The position numbers were made by a program, and so were the translations under genes. A stretch of DNA of 64,000 nt from a virus, in IMG/VR virus record IMGVR_UViG_3300027714_000011, positions 1-64,000 of that record; one strand, given 5' to 3'. Below the pieces are notes generated by a model. The model was not told the origin of the DNA, made no database searches, and saw only the letters and a list, made by a program, of their open reading frames with translations. Shown here one piece after another: positions 47,099 through 56,618 of the stretch (positions are counted from its first letter, which is position 1; every line of letters starts with the position of its first letter).

Positions 47099-48700
47099 AT
47101 GGAACTATCTAATAACATATTAGCAGTAGTAGAACCTGAAATCAGGCCAACTGAAATAAAAATTGACGCTTTAGCCGAAGAAGAAGGGCAAGAGGCCGAA
47201 ATGAAACAAACTTCTGTAATAGCTACGTTGCAGCCAATGGTCTTAATTAATGGATATCAGTTTCAACCAGGTGACATAGAGTTTTTTGAATTAAACTTAA
47301 CTCAAGTTTTACCAACATGTAGACTTTCTTTAAAGGACAGCGCCGGTAAATTTGCTGTAGGTAGTTATCCTAGAGATGGTGACTTTTTTACTATCTTAAT
47401 TAATTCAAAAAACCAAGAAACATTCAAGTCAATTCACATGGACTTTGATATCAGTGAATGTAGTGCGCCTAAAGAAGGTAATATTGCATCTGCACAATTT
47501 GACATTGCTGGTTTTTGTAAAATACCTAGAATATACGCAGAGAGTTGTATAAGTCTAGATAGTGCTGGATCATTAGATCACATGGAAGAAATTGCAAGGG
47601 ATTTAACACTTGGATTGGCTACAAACATAGATGCAACTGACGATTCACAATCTAGAATTATGGCTTATACTCCATACATTGATTTTATAAAATCAATTGT
47701 TAAAGAAAGTTATATTGGAGAAGAATCTTTTCAAAAATGGTGGATAGACAGTTACTATTACATGAACTATGTTGATGTGAACGCTTTATTTAATTCACCT
47801 AATCCACCAATTGAAGAATTTGCTGAATCATTAGCATCAGCTGCTGAGTCAATGACTCCTGATTCAGATTCAGATAAAAAAGCAGAAACAGGTAATGATA
47901 TTGAGGTACCATTGTTATTAACTAATCATATCGCTTTTATGGGAAACAGCTCCTTTATTGAGGCTAGCGAAATTATTAATAATTCAAATACTATCAGTGC
48001 CACTGCAGGTTATGCAAGAGAAGTTACTATATATGATAATAATGGTGACGAGAAAAAACAAGAGTTTAGAATTGAGCCTCTGGGTGGAAATGATCTAAAG
48101 GAATTAGAGGAGCCAATGAGAGGTAACAGGAACGATACCCGACACTTGGATCAGATTAAATATAAATATATTGGAAGACAAGAGGCTGGTGAGGATGGCT
48201 TAGGGAATGTACATCCTAACGCAGCGTTTTCTCAGTTACATAATGTTCAAAATGAATTAGAAACTCAAAAGATGAAATTAATGGTAACTTTGAATTCATT
48301 TAATCCTTCATTATATAAGTATCAAAAGATTCCTGTATTGATGTACATTGTAGATAAGAAAGCTATTGAGCAAAACGAAAGAATAAAGGGTGATAAGAAA
48401 GAATTAGGTATGGATAAAGATGAGCCATTTGCATTAGCAGAAGATTCAGAAGATATCCAAGAAGCTGGTACTAGAAGCCCGAGCCAAGCATTAGATTCCT
48501 TTTTATCTGGATATTACTTAATAGAAGATATTGTGTATAGAACTGAAGATGGAGAAACTAAACAAACAGTAACTTTACTGAGAAGAGAATGGCCAACAAG
48601 AACTGAGAATTTAATAAATCCACCAGGTCTTGAAGATGCAACTGACGAAGAAAAAGCAGATAATGTGGCTGAAAATAGTCCTCCACCAGATAAGGTTTGA
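47099..48700 (+). CDS. Probable baseplate hub protein (gp27-like)
   Basis: Between gp53-like and gp5-like genes; C-terminal FLSGYYLIEDIVY...TLLRREW. Confidence 0.55.
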   Translation: MELSNNILAVVEPEIRPTEIKIDALAEEEGQEAEMKQTSVIATLQPMVLINGYQFQPGDIEFFELNLTQVLPTCRLSLKDSAGKFAVGSYPRDGDFFTILINSKNQETFKSIHMDFDISECSAPKEGNIASAQFDIAGFCKIPRIYAESCISLDSAGSLDHMEEIARDLTLGLATNIDATDDSQSRIMAYTPYIDFIKSIVKESYIGEESFQKWWIDSYYYMNYVDVNALFNSPNPPIEEFAESLASAAESMTPDSDSDKKAETGNDIEVPLLLTNHIAFMGNSSFIEASEIINNSNTISATAGYAREVTIYDNNGDEKKQEFRIEPLGGNDLKELEEPMRGNRNDTRHLDQIKYKYIGRQEAGEDGLGNVHPNAAFSQLHNVQNELETQKMKLMVTLNSFNPSLYKYQKIPVLMYIVDKKAIEQNERIKGDKKELGMDKDEPFALAEDSEDIQEAGTRSPSQALDSFLSGYYLIEDIVYRTEDGETKQTVTLLRREWPTRTENLINPPGLEDATDEEKADNVAENSPPPDKV

Positions 48701-48718
48701 AAATAGAATATATAATAC

Positions 48719-50140
48719 ATGAGTGAATTTAAGCATATTAATGAATTTAGAAAAGCTACTTTATCAAGAAAGATCAGCGAAGATCCGACTTATTTGAGTT
48801 TCTTTTTTATGTTTGATTATGTAGACAGAGAACATAGTCCTTTGTTATCAGGTCCTGCAGAAGAATATTTGAAAAACTTCGTGGATACGCCTATGGACGG
48901 CACAACTAACTATGCATCAAAACTAGCTTCATTTATAAAGGTTCTCAAGAAGATCAACAAAGAAATGCCATGGTTTTGGCAAAAGATAACAGGATTAGAA
49001 GCTACTCAAACCTTTGGTACTATGGAAGAGCCATGGAGGGGTGCAGAAAAACCAAAGATAAGTATCGAGTGTTTAGAAGAAAATATAGAATTAACTGCAT
49101 TGGGTTTAATGACACTCTATAAGAGTGCTGTTTATGATTATAATAGATTCATAGAAGTCTTACCAAAAAATCTAAGACATTTTAGAGTTTGGACGGTATT
49201 GTCTGAGGTTAGAACATTTCAACAAAATAAAGAAGCTAGGAACACAAATTCACGAGGAAAACAGATGTATGAAACTGAAGCAGATGAGCCTATTAGTATT
49301 ATACCCAGAGCTGGCTCAGAAACTTCAACTACTCCGGCATATGGTAAGTTTGATGATACGTTAACCGGAAACTACACAGCAGAAGCAAAACCACACTTGA
49401 TGATAGAATTAGGCCAATGTGAATGGCAACAGGATGAAATTGCGAGTATGTTTGCAGACTTTTCTAAAACACCAGAATTAAAGAAACCTAAAATTAGTTT
49501 TACGTATCAGACATGTCTGACTACTAGACAGAGATTTGGACCTAACATTGCAGTATTAGATGGTGGTTTATTAACACCGCGAACATCAGGTGACGATCTG
49601 TATCCTAATAATCCATTTGACCCATTGGCAATTGCACAAAATGCAATTAGCGATAAATTAAATGGCATTGCCGGTGGTTTAGTAAATAGATTTAATAATT
49701 TAAAAGATAGTTTACCAGGTCAGGGTAATAATCCAATGGGTAGAGTTTATCCTGATGGATTAACAGGTGCTGCTAAAATATTGGCAAATACTGCAATGGA
49801 CAGATTAAAAGGTTTGTTATTAGGAAACATACACGGTGGTATAGGTTTATCAGATATTAATGCAGCGCTAGAAGCTGGTAGTATTAATGCTATTGCAAAT
49901 TTAGCGGGTCAAGTTTTTAATCAACCTTCAAATAATTCAAATAGTGGCAAACCTGGTATTTCACCACAAACTATATATGAACCGGGAGTTGATAGTAGTC
50001 CAGACGATTATATAAACGAAAAGGTATATGATCCAATTGCAGATTTACCTGATAGTTATAATATTACACCTGGTAGAATTTATGAACCAGGAGTTGATAG
50101 TAGTTCAGATGATAATTTAAACGATAATGTACACTCATAA
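48719..50140 (+). CDS. Probable tail/baseplate structural protein
   Basis: Position; PWFWQKITGL...KISIECLE tube-like segment; IYEPGVDSS repeated twice. Confidence 0.45.
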   Translation: MSEFKHINEFRKATLSRKISEDPTYLSFFFMFDYVDREHSPLLSGPAEEYLKNFVDTPMDGTTNYASKLASFIKVLKKINKEMPWFWQKITGLEATQTFGTMEEPWRGAEKPKISIECLEENIELTALGLMTLYKSAVYDYNRFIEVLPKNLRHFRVWTVLSEVRTFQQNKEARNTNSRGKQMYETEADEPISIIPRAGSETSTTPAYGKFDDTLTGNYTAEAKPHLMIELGQCEWQQDEIASMFADFSKTPELKKPKISFTYQTCLTTRQRFGPNIAVLDGGLLTPRTSGDDLYPNNPFDPLAIAQNAISDKLNGIAGGLVNRFNNLKDSLPGQGNNPMGRVYPDGLTGAAKILANTAMDRLKGLLLGNIHGGIGLSDINAALEAGSINAIANLAGQVFNQPSNNSNSGKPGISPQTIYEPGVDSSPDDYINEKVYDPIADLPDSYNITPGRIYEPGVDSSSDDNLNDNVHS

Positions 50141-50853
50141 TGGCTGATGAACTTTTTCAAGATAATTTAAGAGACACTCACTGGTTAGGAGAAGTTGTAA
50201 TAAACGAAGATCCTTTACTTAATGGAAGATGTCGCGTGAAGGTTTATGGTAAATTCGATAAATTGACAGATGACGCTATTCCATGGGCAACTCCTATGAA
50301 TAGAGATCAAGTTGGTGCACATGCAGTTCCTAGAGTTGGCGATATAGTTGCAGTTAGATTTGATAACGGAAATATTTACCACCCAGAATATTGGTTCCAG
50401 ATAGATCAAAACACTGATTTAAAATCAGATATCTTGGAAGCAAGTGATGCACCGCAAGATGTCATAAGTTTAGTATACGACGCTGAAAGAAATGTTAGAA
50501 TATATCATTCGCCTGAAGATGGCTTAGTTATCACCAGAGGTAGCGGTGCTAAAGAAAGACCAATGATACAAATAGACGAAGATGGATACATCAAGATAAG
50601 CACAGATGCGAAAATGTTCTTAGACTGTGGTGATATATTCGTTTCAAATGAAGGTGAACCAGGAGCAGATGAGACAGAACCTGCAGTAAGAGGTCAATCT
50701 TTACAAGATTGGCTACAGATGTGGTTAGATGACTATAACGCGCATATTCACCCAACGGGCGTTGGACCTAGTGGTCCTCCAATGCCACCAACTCCAGTTG
50801 TTGTTGGTAAATTATCAAGTACTCATATTAACTATCAACAAAAGAACAAATAA
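50140..50853 (+). CDS. Baseplate central spike protein (gp5/gpV OB-fold, HxH tip)
   Basis: EDPLLNGRCRVKVYG, IPWATP, VPRVGDIVAVRFDNG, YNAHIHPTGVGPSGPP. Confidence 0.85.
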   Translation: MADELFQDNLRDTHWLGEVVINEDPLLNGRCRVKVYGKFDKLTDDAIPWATPMNRDQVGAHAVPRVGDIVAVRFDNGNIYHPEYWFQIDQNTDLKSDILEASDAPQDVISLVYDAERNVRIYHSPEDGLVITRGSGAKERPMIQIDEDGYIKISTDAKMFLDCGDIFVSNEGEPGADETEPAVRGQSLQDWLQMWLDDYNAHIHPTGVGPSGPPMPPTPVVVGKLSSTHINYQQKNK

Positions 50854-50855
50854 TT

Positions 50856-52685
50856 ATGCCTGCACTGTGGCCAACGTTCATACCGAATCTTGCATCTGAT
50901 ATTGCCGGTCAGGAATTTACAAAACCAGGCGGAGCACTTGTTTCATATGAATTACCTAAAGTCGGAACAGATCAAGTTCCTATTTTTCCTCCATCTGCAG
51001 ATTTAATAAAATCCATTAAGCCAGGTAATCCATTAAATGCATCATTAACAACAGATCCTACTGCTATGATAAATGCTATTAATTTAGCGCCGTTAAGCGG
51101 AAGATATGATTTTGGTGTTCGTGTAGCAGAAAGATATTTGGAAGCTGTTAAAGGTCTAGCGATGACGCCATTTGGTGCTACACATACAAATAATCCAGCA
51201 GCAGAATTTATTTTAAAACAGGGTTATGGTTTAGTATTTGAAAGAATATTAAAGGAAGGTGATATTCCTTTATTAGATCAAAAAGATGAAGATGGCAACA
51301 TAATAGAGATGGGTAAAGAATCACATCCAGACTATGCTGATTTTTGTCCAGATCCAGTTGAAGAACCAGATCCTATAGAAGAACAAAAGAAACTAGATAA
51401 AAAATTTAATAAGTTTCTTATAGAGTTTAAAGACGATCCAATAACTGACTTACATAAATTTAAATTTTTTGAATTTCACTGTTTAACTGGTGATGAATCT
51501 GAAAGTGATTTAATTAAACTAATCACTAACAGAATGATTCAACAGTTCGAGAAGATAACTAATGACGATAAAAAATGGGCTTACATTTTATGGGCAATAA
51601 GTTTAGGAAAGGACTATTATTCTGACTTGGGGCCAATTGAGCGACTACTGGGTGGTAATTATTTTACTAATATATTTCCATATGTCAATGTCAGTAGTCG
51701 TGCAAGAACAGACATTACTAATGCTGGTTACAATTATCAAACAATGACTGATGGAGTAAGTGCTTTGTTTCAATCTATTATTGAAGCATCATATCCTATA
51801 TTTGATGACCAAAACGGATTGGAAAAAAGAGTAAGAAACGGACTAGTTAATCCACTTCAAAGACCATGGTTGGATGATGGAACAACCGAGTGTCCTTTAA
51901 ATGAATATAAAATACAAGTTTCTTTTAATAGAGAACATAAACTACCAGATTATCCTAGTAAAAGGCCAAAGATATTAACAGACTCTATCGTGTCTCTTTT
52001 TTCATATGATAACAGGACGCTTACGCAAAAAACATTTAGTAACTACAGAAATCTTTCATTTGGGAATAAAATAACTTGGTGGAAAAAAGATGATAATTAT
52101 ACAGATACTTATTATGTGGAAAATGAATATGAGGCGAAATGGTCAAAAATACCAAATGCTATTAATTCTGCAAGAACGCCTGAAAATATAATTGCTATCA
52201 ATCCATCTACATGTGGTACCGTTTTTAAATTTCAAAGACAACAAGTAATAGATGCCATAAAAACAGCAGAAGAGTGTGATGCAGCAGAAGTTGGTGCAGA
52301 TATTGATTTTAGTTGGCCAGGCGGTGATCCATATGAAGAAATGGCAGAAATAACTATTGCATATTGGTATGCATGTCTTGTTAAACCTTTTGCACCATCT
52401 CCATCGGCGCTACCTGCATTAATTCCACCACCACTTACTGGTATTTACATTCCAATTTATTATGGTGGGAAAAAGAGATTGGCTGGAAATTTAAGAAAGG
52501 CATGGAATACTGGTAAGACATTTTCAATTATTCCTATTACTATGCCACCTGCAATTGCAGTTTCTACTGCGGTCGCGGCAGCGTATATGTTGCACTTATT
52601 AGAATTTAAATTATTGTACTTGGGTGGAATACCAACACCAGCAGGCCCAGTTCCTATGGTTGGTTTTGTACCTGTAGTATTCTAA
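50856..52685 (+). CDS. Hypothetical structural protein
   Basis: 609-aa ORF directly after the spike gene. Confidence 0.6.
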   Translation: MPALWPTFIPNLASDIAGQEFTKPGGALVSYELPKVGTDQVPIFPPSADLIKSIKPGNPLNASLTTDPTAMINAINLAPLSGRYDFGVRVAERYLEAVKGLAMTPFGATHTNNPAAEFILKQGYGLVFERILKEGDIPLLDQKDEDGNIIEMGKESHPDYADFCPDPVEEPDPIEEQKKLDKKFNKFLIEFKDDPITDLHKFKFFEFHCLTGDESESDLIKLITNRMIQQFEKITNDDKKWAYILWAISLGKDYYSDLGPIERLLGGNYFTNIFPYVNVSSRARTDITNAGYNYQTMTDGVSALFQSIIEASYPIFDDQNGLEKRVRNGLVNPLQRPWLDDGTTECPLNEYKIQVSFNREHKLPDYPSKRPKILTDSIVSLFSYDNRTLTQKTFSNYRNLSFGNKITWWKKDDNYTDTYYVENEYEAKWSKIPNAINSARTPENIIAINPSTCGTVFKFQRQQVIDAIKTAEECDAAEVGADIDFSWPGGDPYEEMAEITIAYWYACLVKPFAPSPSALPALIPPPLTGIYIPIYYGGKKRLAGNLRKAWNTGKTFSIIPITMPPAIAVSTAVAAAYMLHLLEFKLLYLGGIPTPAGPVPMVGFVPVVF

Positions 52686-52731
52686 AATAAAACAGGATAT
52701 ATAATATGTTACACTTTTAATATAAAAATAA

Positions 52732-54015
52732 ATGAACAACGAAAAAAACAAGAGGATCAGAATCGGTGAGAACACGCCGAAGGAGACCAAAGTTGAAGAA
52801 CTAGATGTAAAAGTCGAAAACTTAAAAGAAGATGAAGTTGTAGAAAACTTCTATAACGAAGAGGGGGAATTCATGTGGGATGAATTCGAAGCTACTTGCC
52901 CATCTAGAACTCGAAAACCAAATCCACATATCAAAACTCAAAATGGAGATAAAGTATATTCTCGAGAAGTATACGCTCAAGAGATGTATGATATGCTTAC
53001 TGCACATGATGATAGTATTGGGCAACTAATCACTATTATTAATCCTGGAGAAATTCACGAGGGTAAGGTATATGCTATCAATTCTGAGTTTATCAGTGTA
53101 GATATTGGATATAGAGAATTAATTTATGTTAAATATGACAAAGAACCAGCTGACGTACAGTCTCTTAAACCTGGAGATGAAACTGCGGTTCTTATTACAC
53201 AACCTAGTAAAAATTCGCACGTCTTAGGTTCTATTAGTGGTGGAGTAAAACACAAAGTGTTTATGGATCTTAGAGAAGCTGTAGAAACTGGAGGAACTGC
53301 ATGGGTAGGAAATGTCACACATATGATTGAAAATGGTGGATACATGGTGAACGTTCAAGGAATTGATTGTTTTATGCCAGGTTCATTAGCAGGTATTAAT
53401 AAACTACATGACTTTAGTTCTATTATTGGAACTGAAATGTATGTCGTTCCGGTGAGTTTCTCTCCAGACAGAGGTACATTAGTAGTTTCTCATAGAAAAT
53501 ATCTACAAGCACTGATACCTGGCGAAATAGACACACTAAAAGAAACACAAGGAGAAACACTAACTGGAAATGTTACTGGAACTGCTAAATATGGAGTATT
53601 TGTTGAGTTTAATAAATGTTTAACTGGAATGATTCATAATAATGATTTAGACGAGGAGACATTAGTTAAATTTAAAGCTAGAGAAATTAAGCCAGGTGAT
53701 GAAATTTCATTTATGGTTAAAGATATAATCAGCAATTCAAAAATTACACTGACTCAGAAAGCAAACATAACTATCAACCCATGGACAGATATTATAAGTA
53801 GATATCAAATACCAAGTGTTGTCGAGGCTGTTGTTAGAACTAAAAAGGATTACGGCTTATTCGTTACAATCGAAGAAGGTGTGACTGGATTACTACATGT
53901 CAGTGAAGTCGGAGAGGATGTAATGAGCGTATTTAAATCAGGGGATCCAATCACGGTACAGATCAATAGGATTGATGTTGACTCGATGAAAGTCTTTTTG
54001 AAAATGCCTCAATAA
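52732..54015 (+). CDS. rpsA: Ribosomal protein bS1-like protein with about four S1 domains
   Basis: SVDIGYRE; GGYMVNVQGIDCFMPGS..VVSHRK; YGVFVEFNKCLTGMIHNND; DYGLFVTIEEGVTGLLHVSEV. Confidence 0.7.
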   Translation: MNNEKNKRIRIGENTPKETKVEELDVKVENLKEDEVVENFYNEEGEFMWDEFEATCPSRTRKPNPHIKTQNGDKVYSREVYAQEMYDMLTAHDDSIGQLITIINPGEIHEGKVYAINSEFISVDIGYRELIYVKYDKEPADVQSLKPGDETAVLITQPSKNSHVLGSISGGVKHKVFMDLREAVETGGTAWVGNVTHMIENGGYMVNVQGIDCFMPGSLAGINKLHDFSSIIGTEMYVVPVSFSPDRGTLVVSHRKYLQALIPGEIDTLKETQGETLTGNVTGTAKYGVFVEFNKCLTGMIHNNDLDEETLVKFKAREIKPGDEISFMVKDIISNSKITLTQKANITINPWTDIISRYQIPSVVEAVVRTKKDYGLFVTIEEGVTGLLHVSEVGEDVMSVFKSGDPITVQINRIDVDSMKVFLKMPQ

Positions 54016-54068
54016 CTATTGCAACGAGAGTGTGATATATAATCAAACGATAATATCATAATCTTAAT

Positions 54069-55379
54069 ATGCAAAAATTAAATATAGATTCTTCGAGAGA
54101 ATCAATTTTGAACGCGGCGCTCATGGGTGTTGAATTCGAATTCTATTCTAATCTCGGTCTAGAAGAAACCAAAAAATCTTTGGCGACTCTTCTAGACCGA
54201 AAGATTAGGTTAGAGGACAAAGCGCATTCAGATTTTGAACCATCAGCTGAAGAGTTTAAAATAGAACCTGATATGTCAGGTGGTAAAGGTCTAGTAGAAC
54301 TAGTTACTGGTCCTATTCCATATAGGAATGCTAGAATCATGGTCATTAAGGTGTTGAAGTGGATATCTGAAAATGGCTATTCTAATGATAGAGCATCAAT
54401 TCACATTAATTTAAGTTTTGATAAAAAACACCTAGAAGATAAAGATCTTATTTCAAAGATGAACGTTCTTAAGTTTATCTTGGATTTTGATGAAGCTCAA
54501 ATTTACAAGCTTTTTCCTGATAGAGAAAAATCAGCTTATGCAAAAAGTGTAAAGTGGGTAATGCCAAAATGGGAAGCATTTCATTTTGATGCAAATCAAA
54601 TAGCCTCAAATAATTTTAAATTTGCAGATACTAAGTACTATGGAATTAACTTTTCTAAAAAAGAAAAGAATTATTTAGAGTTTAGGTATTTGGGTGGTAC
54701 TGATTACGAAAAGAAAACAGATAAAATTTTATATTTAACAGAGAATTTCCTAATGCAAATGTGGAGTTCATGTAGTGATCCAAGGTTTACTTCTAGTAAT
54801 AAGATAGAACTACAGAGAATTCTTAATAAGAACAAGCCTGTTTCAGATATGCTTAAAGATTATACTAGCATAGCTAAAAATTGGCCAGATATAAAAATAC
54901 TAGCGGATTTACAAGATAACCCAACTATTATAAAAGTACACTGGGACAGATTTAAGAATAGAGTGATGGAGCTTATAGTGAACGGTTCAATGGAATCTGG
55001 AACTATAAATTATGATTCTGATTACGGTGCAGTACAGGTTAAAGATGGTAAATTTCATACGGTTTATTTATTGGAAGATTTTGAGTTTATTGATTGTGAG
55101 CTTGCTGGTAATTTAACTAATTGTAGTTTTTATAACTGTAACATCAAAGGCTCCGCTGTCACGTGGGGTAGTTTATATCAGGGTACAACAGTTAAGGAAT
55201 CTAAAGTAGAATCTTCATATACACACGGTAGTTGCGTATTGACTAATTGTTATGTTGCGGGTAGAGATACAATGTTTAAAGGCAAAATGATAGGCGGAAT
55301 ATTTAGAGAAGGTTTTATGAGCGATCATGCTAGATTTGAAGACACCGAAATCGTAGTAAGTAAAAAAATAAAAGAATAA
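54069..55379 (+). CDS. Putative amidoligase (COOH-NH2 ligase-like) with beta-solenoid C-terminus
   Basis: GVEFEF, ELVTGP, SIHINLS, KYYGINF, LEFRYLGG. Confidence 0.7.
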   Translation: MQKLNIDSSRESILNAALMGVEFEFYSNLGLEETKKSLATLLDRKIRLEDKAHSDFEPSAEEFKIEPDMSGGKGLVELVTGPIPYRNARIMVIKVLKWISENGYSNDRASIHINLSFDKKHLEDKDLISKMNVLKFILDFDEAQIYKLFPDREKSAYAKSVKWVMPKWEAFHFDANQIASNNFKFADTKYYGINFSKKEKNYLEFRYLGGTDYEKKTDKILYLTENFLMQMWSSCSDPRFTSSNKIELQRILNKNKPVSDMLKDYTSIAKNWPDIKILADLQDNPTIIKVHWDRFKNRVMELIVNGSMESGTINYDSDYGAVQVKDGKFHTVYLLEDFEFIDCELAGNLTNCSFYNCNIKGSAVTWGSLYQGTTVKESKVESSYTHGSCVLTNCYVAGRDTMFKGKMIGGIFREGFMSDHARFEDTEIVVSKKIKE

Positions 55380-55380
55380 A

Positions 55381-56223
55381 ATGAGTGAAATTAGAAGCGG
55401 GTCTAACAGTGAATTGACATCAGGAAGATATTTCGATCCAAATTGTTTAAATACATTTTTAGATGAAATAGGGGATGATATTACTGGAGCTTGCATGGTT
55501 CCTATTAACTTACCACAAAAAGAAATAATTAATATTATTAAACGTGCTAAGAAATGGTTCTATAAGAAATACGAGTATTCTGTAAAAGAAAACTTATATC
55601 ACATTCCAAATTCTGTATTTAGTACAGAGCATTTCAAAAAACACAGAGCTCTTACTTTGCCTGGCCCTAGTTTAGATGGCGGTGGAGGTGTATTCTCTGT
55701 TTATGGATTATATGACATATCTTCAGGATGGAATGGCAGTGGAGGCGGAATGGATGTAAGATTTCAAGACGGTTCAGATTTCTCTATGGAAAGAATGTTA
55801 TTTAGAGGTATGTATGAAGGCTCAGGGATGGCCGAGGCTGCAGAAGAATTACAATATTATGTATTGAATGCTTCTATGGCAGATTTATCTAGACAGATCC
55901 TAGAGAACCCTATATCATATCACTACTCTAGTTTGACTGGAGAATTAAAATTTATGGGTGATACTCCAAAAGGAGATGTTATTTTAGAGATATACGAAAC
56001 TATACCAGATTGTGCACTATATTCAGATGAAATATTCTTTAGATACGTAAGCGCAAAAATAAAACAATCTATTGGTGCTAAATTAGCTATCTTTAAATTT
56101 GCATTACCAGGAAACGTTGATTTTGATTATGATGCCATTAAATCTATGGGTGATGATGAGCTATCTGAAATAAATGAAGAGATCAAGGGTGATGAAGGTG
56201 TGGATTGGATGATGCATTCGTAA
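55381..56223 (+). CDS. Probable neck/head-tail adaptor (T4 gp13-like)
   Basis: IIKRAKKWFY...LYSDEIFFRYVSAKIKQSIG..L..F.FALPGNVDFDYD. Confidence 0.6.
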   Translation: MSEIRSGSNSELTSGRYFDPNCLNTFLDEIGDDITGACMVPINLPQKEIINIIKRAKKWFYKKYEYSVKENLYHIPNSVFSTEHFKKHRALTLPGPSLDGGGGVFSVYGLYDISSGWNGSGGGMDVRFQDGSDFSMERMLFRGMYEGSGMAEAAEELQYYVLNASMADLSRQILENPISYHYSSLTGELKFMGDTPKGDVILEIYETIPDCALYSDEIFFRYVSAKIKQSIGAKLAIFKFALPGNVDFDYDAIKSMGDDELSEINEEIKGDEGVDWMMHS

Positions 56224-56245
56224 ATAAAAGAAGATAAATAAACAA

Positions 56246-56602
56246 ATGGAATTATATATAAAATATCTCAGTGATCCTAACTATGATCCAACACAGGTGC
56301 AAACCAATGGGGAAATAGAGATGTTAATCACGCAGATTCAGACAACTTTGTTTACAAATACTGGTGAGGTTATGGGGTCTGAGAACTTTGGGTGTAATTT
56401 AGAAGATCTTATATATGAATTTGGTTCAAGTGCACATAATATACGTCAAAGAATAATCGATCAGTTAAATCAATATTGTCCACTTGCGGATAAATATAAT
56501 TTGGATGTGAATGTAGATTTTATGAAGGGTGAAGTGAGAGACATCGCATTTATAGATATAATGATAGATAGTAGATATGCTATAAAAATAAGCATGCAAT
56601 AA
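56246..56602 (+). CDS. Baseplate wedge protein gp25-like
   Basis: LFTNTGEVMGSENFGCNLEDLIYE. Confidence 0.8.
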   Translation: MELYIKYLSDPNYDPTQVQTNGEIEMLITQIQTTLFTNTGEVMGSENFGCNLEDLIYEFGSSAHNIRQRIIDQLNQYCPLADKYNLDVNVDFMKGEVRDIAFIDIMIDSRYAIKISMQ

Positions 56603-56618
56603 AAAGTATACACAAATA

